DNA from: Gammaproteobacteria bacterium
GTDB lineage: Bacteria; Pseudomonadota; Gammaproteobacteria; GCA-001735895
Reading direction: 5' to 3'
DNA: 29,893 nucleotides
Assembly (NCBI GenBank): GCA_050298595.1
Contig: JBNKUM010000083.1
Span: forward strand, 1-29,893
Shown: positions 28,801 through 29,893 of the stretch, piece after piece
Layout: every line of letters starts with the position of its first letter
How positions within the stretch are numbered: the first letter of the stretch is position 1
Program-made: the position numbers and the translations under genes
Notes under the pieces: model-generated
Told to the model about the DNA's origin: nothing
What the model saw: the letters and a program-made list of their open reading frames with translations, nothing else
The model's database searches: none

Positions 28801-29893
28801 GTAGCTGAAGCTGTCGCCTGTATCGACGTCGCTGCTGCTGAGGGTGCCAATACTATAGCCGGCACTGGTATCGGTGTTTTCATCCACCGCACTGTTGCTG
28901 AGTGCAACTGCGCTCGGTGCTTCGTTGACATTGGTCACGCTGACCGAGATCAACAGGGCCGCCGTGCCACCCTTTCCATCATCGGCTGTAACCTGTACCT
29001 GATAGATGCCATCGCTGTTGGCATCGGTCGGGTTCTCAAAGTCGGGGACGCTGTTAAAGCTCAATACTCCGCCACTGCTGATACTGAACAGTGCGCTATC
29101 TGCACCGCCGCTGATGCTGTAACTGAGCGGATCGCCATCCACATCGGTGGCCGTGACAGTCGTTACTGCAGTCTGGTTTTCGGCAGCGTTAACGTTGGCG
29201 TTACTGGTGACCTGTGGGGCATCATTAACATTCGCGACATTGATGGTGAAGCTCTGGCTGGTCGTGAGGAGTCCATCGCTCACCTCGATCACGACATTAT
29301 GATTGCCGACTTCCGCATTGCCCGGGGTACCACTGAGGAGCGCGGTGCCATCTCCGTTATCAGTAAGCGTGAGCCAGGCTGGCAGTGTGGTGGCGCTGAT
29401 GCTCAGTGCATCGCCATCCACATCGCTGCTGCTAAGGGTGTAGCTATAGGCACTGTCCTGGGTGGCGCTGGTGATCGCACTGCTGGTGATCTGTGGAGCG
29501 TCATTAACGTTAGCCACATTGATGGTGAAGCTCTGGCTGGTCGTGAGGACCCCATCGCTCACCTCGATCACGACATTATGATTACCCACTTCAGCATTGC
29601 CCGGGGTGCCGCTGAGGAGCGCAGTGCCATCTCCGTTATCGATGAGCGTAAGCCAGGCTGGCAGTGTGGTGGCGCTGATACTCAGTGCATCACCATCGTC
29701 ATCGCTGCTGCTGAGGGTGTAGCTATAAGCTGTGTCCTGAGTGGCGCTGGTAATCGCACTACTGGTGATCTGTGGGGCGTCATTTACATTGGTCACTGCG
29801 ACCGAGATTAGCTGGACTGCAGAGCCACCATTACCATCGTCGACTGTGACCTGCACCTGATAAACGCCATTGCTATCGGCATCGCTGGGGTTC
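25864..29893 (-). CDS. Giant Ig/cadherin-repeat surface protein (putative adhesin), 5'-truncated by the window edge
   Basis: Frame open to the window end; repeated VNDAP/VNEAP-linked modules with DxDGD Ca-binding motifs; low-complexity linker; hydrophobic C-terminal segment followed by a basic tail. Confidence 0.92.
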   Translation of the reverse strand, partial: NPSDADSNGVYQVQVTVDDGNGGSAVQLISVAVTNVNDAPQITSSAITSATQDTAYSYTLSSSDDDGDALSISATTLPAWLTLIDNGDGTALLSGTPGNAEVGNHNVVIEVSDGVLTTSQSFTINVANVNDAPQITSSAITSATQDSAYSYTLSSSDVDGDALSISATTLPAWLTLTDNGDGTALLSGTPGNAEVGNHNVVIEVSDGLLTTSQSFTINVANVNDAPQVTSNANVNAAENQTAVTTVTATDVDGDPLSYSISGGADSALFSISSGGVLSFNSVPDFENPTDANSDGIYQVQVTADDGKGGTAALLISVSVTNVNEAPSAVALSNSAVDENTDTSAGYSIGTLSSSDVDTGDSFSYSIVGGADAAVFSIGGASSNELILSDGLLDYETQAFYQVTVRSTDAGGLSHDQSFSITINNLNEAPTINSSAITSATQDTAYSYTLSSSDVDGDALSISATTLPAWLTLTDNGDGTALLSGTPGNAEVGNHNVVIEVSDGVLTTSQSFTINVANVNDAPQITSSAITSATQDSAYSYTLSSSDIDGDALSISATTLPAWLVLTDNGDGTALLSGTPGNAEVGNHNVVIEVSDGALTTSQSFSINVANVNDAPQITSSAITSATQDSAYSYTLSSSDVDGDTLSISATTLPAWLVLTDNGDGTALLSGTPGNAEVGNHNVVIEVSDGVLTTSQSFTISVANVNDAPQITSSASVKAAENQTAVTTVTATDVDGDPLSYSITGGADSALFSISSGGVLSFNSAPDFENPTDANSDGIYQVQVTADDGQGGTAVQLISVSVTNVNEAPVASPINLTPVNEDSAPLIITQAQLLSSANDEDLDVLTATGLTISSGAGSLIDNGDGSWTYTPGVNDDTSVSFVYNITDGQAITSNSVTLDILPLNDAPVTVNSSFTTDEDIPLQNLDILSNVSDVDSNTLSISTVSAVHGKVSINPDSTINYFPDADFNGDDLISYSVDDGNGGQGNGIASVTVNPVSDVKNDTLTIQVGTSATFNVLVNDNSGSVSRIDSITQPMHGQVVFSDNGSVTYTPSQDFIGSDTFNYNVQTAAGEIETGIVTVKVQQPVSTLDLNIGQQPLVDQIQINSDTTSTQPDNQIAAAAPTNTGDQESVLSSKSSDSKEVPNSSLSNDGPKQRPFADSPEGANVFANTEQPADIQHSSHIRHANVSKQQQLHSHEVQLAKNMTDLMQIQVLNDQLSNQLSLAQWGSDSGQIDAVEEQKLWSRIDEMQKDIDKDLAAEQQDQIDVQIVLGSTAGITAGFLGWILRGGSLVASMMTTLPLVNRFDPLPIIKMQRKKKVDEKGGNQSGIKHESRVDKMFEKGGRS
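27481..27780 (-). repeat. 300-bp cadherin module (type B); second copy at 28927-29226, partial third at 29785-29893
   Basis: AENQTAVTTVTATDVDGD...PDFENPTDANSDGIYQVQVTADDG is repeated. Confidence 0.9.
27781..28617 (-). repeat. Three tandem 279-bp (93-aa) Ig/dystroglycan-cadherin-like modules (type A)
   Basis: Units start at 28617, 28338 and 28059 and are near-identical (LPAWL...GTALLSGTPGNAEVGNHNVVIEVSDG). Confidence 0.95.
29227..29784 (-). repeat. Two tandem 279-bp type A modules
   Basis: Units start at 29784 and 29505; same sequence family as 27781-28617. Confidence 0.95.

Noticed and set aside
27481-29784. Repeats as a CRISPR array or non-coding array
   Set aside because: The units are 279-300 bp, in frame and protein-coding, with no unique spacers and no cas genes.
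27853-29811. Long plus-strand ORFs (208 aa and 386 aa)
   Set aside because: Antisense to the GC-rich adhesin repeats, where stops are rare and any open frame is repeated.

Overview
The window looks like chromosomal DNA from a Gammaproteobacterium; this is inferred from protein families, not from a search. Left edge: a small Cys-rich gene followed directly by an integron attC-like hairpin, then about 1 kb of non-coding, palindrome-rich DNA with a perfect 30-bp inverted repeat and no recognisable intI. Middle: an HdfR-like LysR, a tiny secreted protein, an Irr/PerR-like Fur-family regulator with a di-haem cytochrome c peroxidase, purU, an HDOD protein, a DUF2238 protein, an RRM protein, a divergent flavin-binding protein/MocR pair, a long-form Lhr helicase, an alpha/beta hydrolase with Asp at the nucleophile position, an unknown 326-aa protein, a ybgA-merR-phrB light/UV operon with a visible operator, and an OafA-like acyltransferase. 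Right: a giant Ig/cadherin-repeat protein, cut off by the window edge, whose C-terminus is a putative membrane anchor; it is co-oriented with a membrane PAS-GGDEF-GGDEF-EAL protein. That pair is my best candidate for an under-described adhesion/c-di-GMP signalling system. Several gene remnants (EAL, hyi, ISL3) lie between genes. I saw no CRISPR array, rRNA or tRNA. All calls are by eye and from recalled family motifs.
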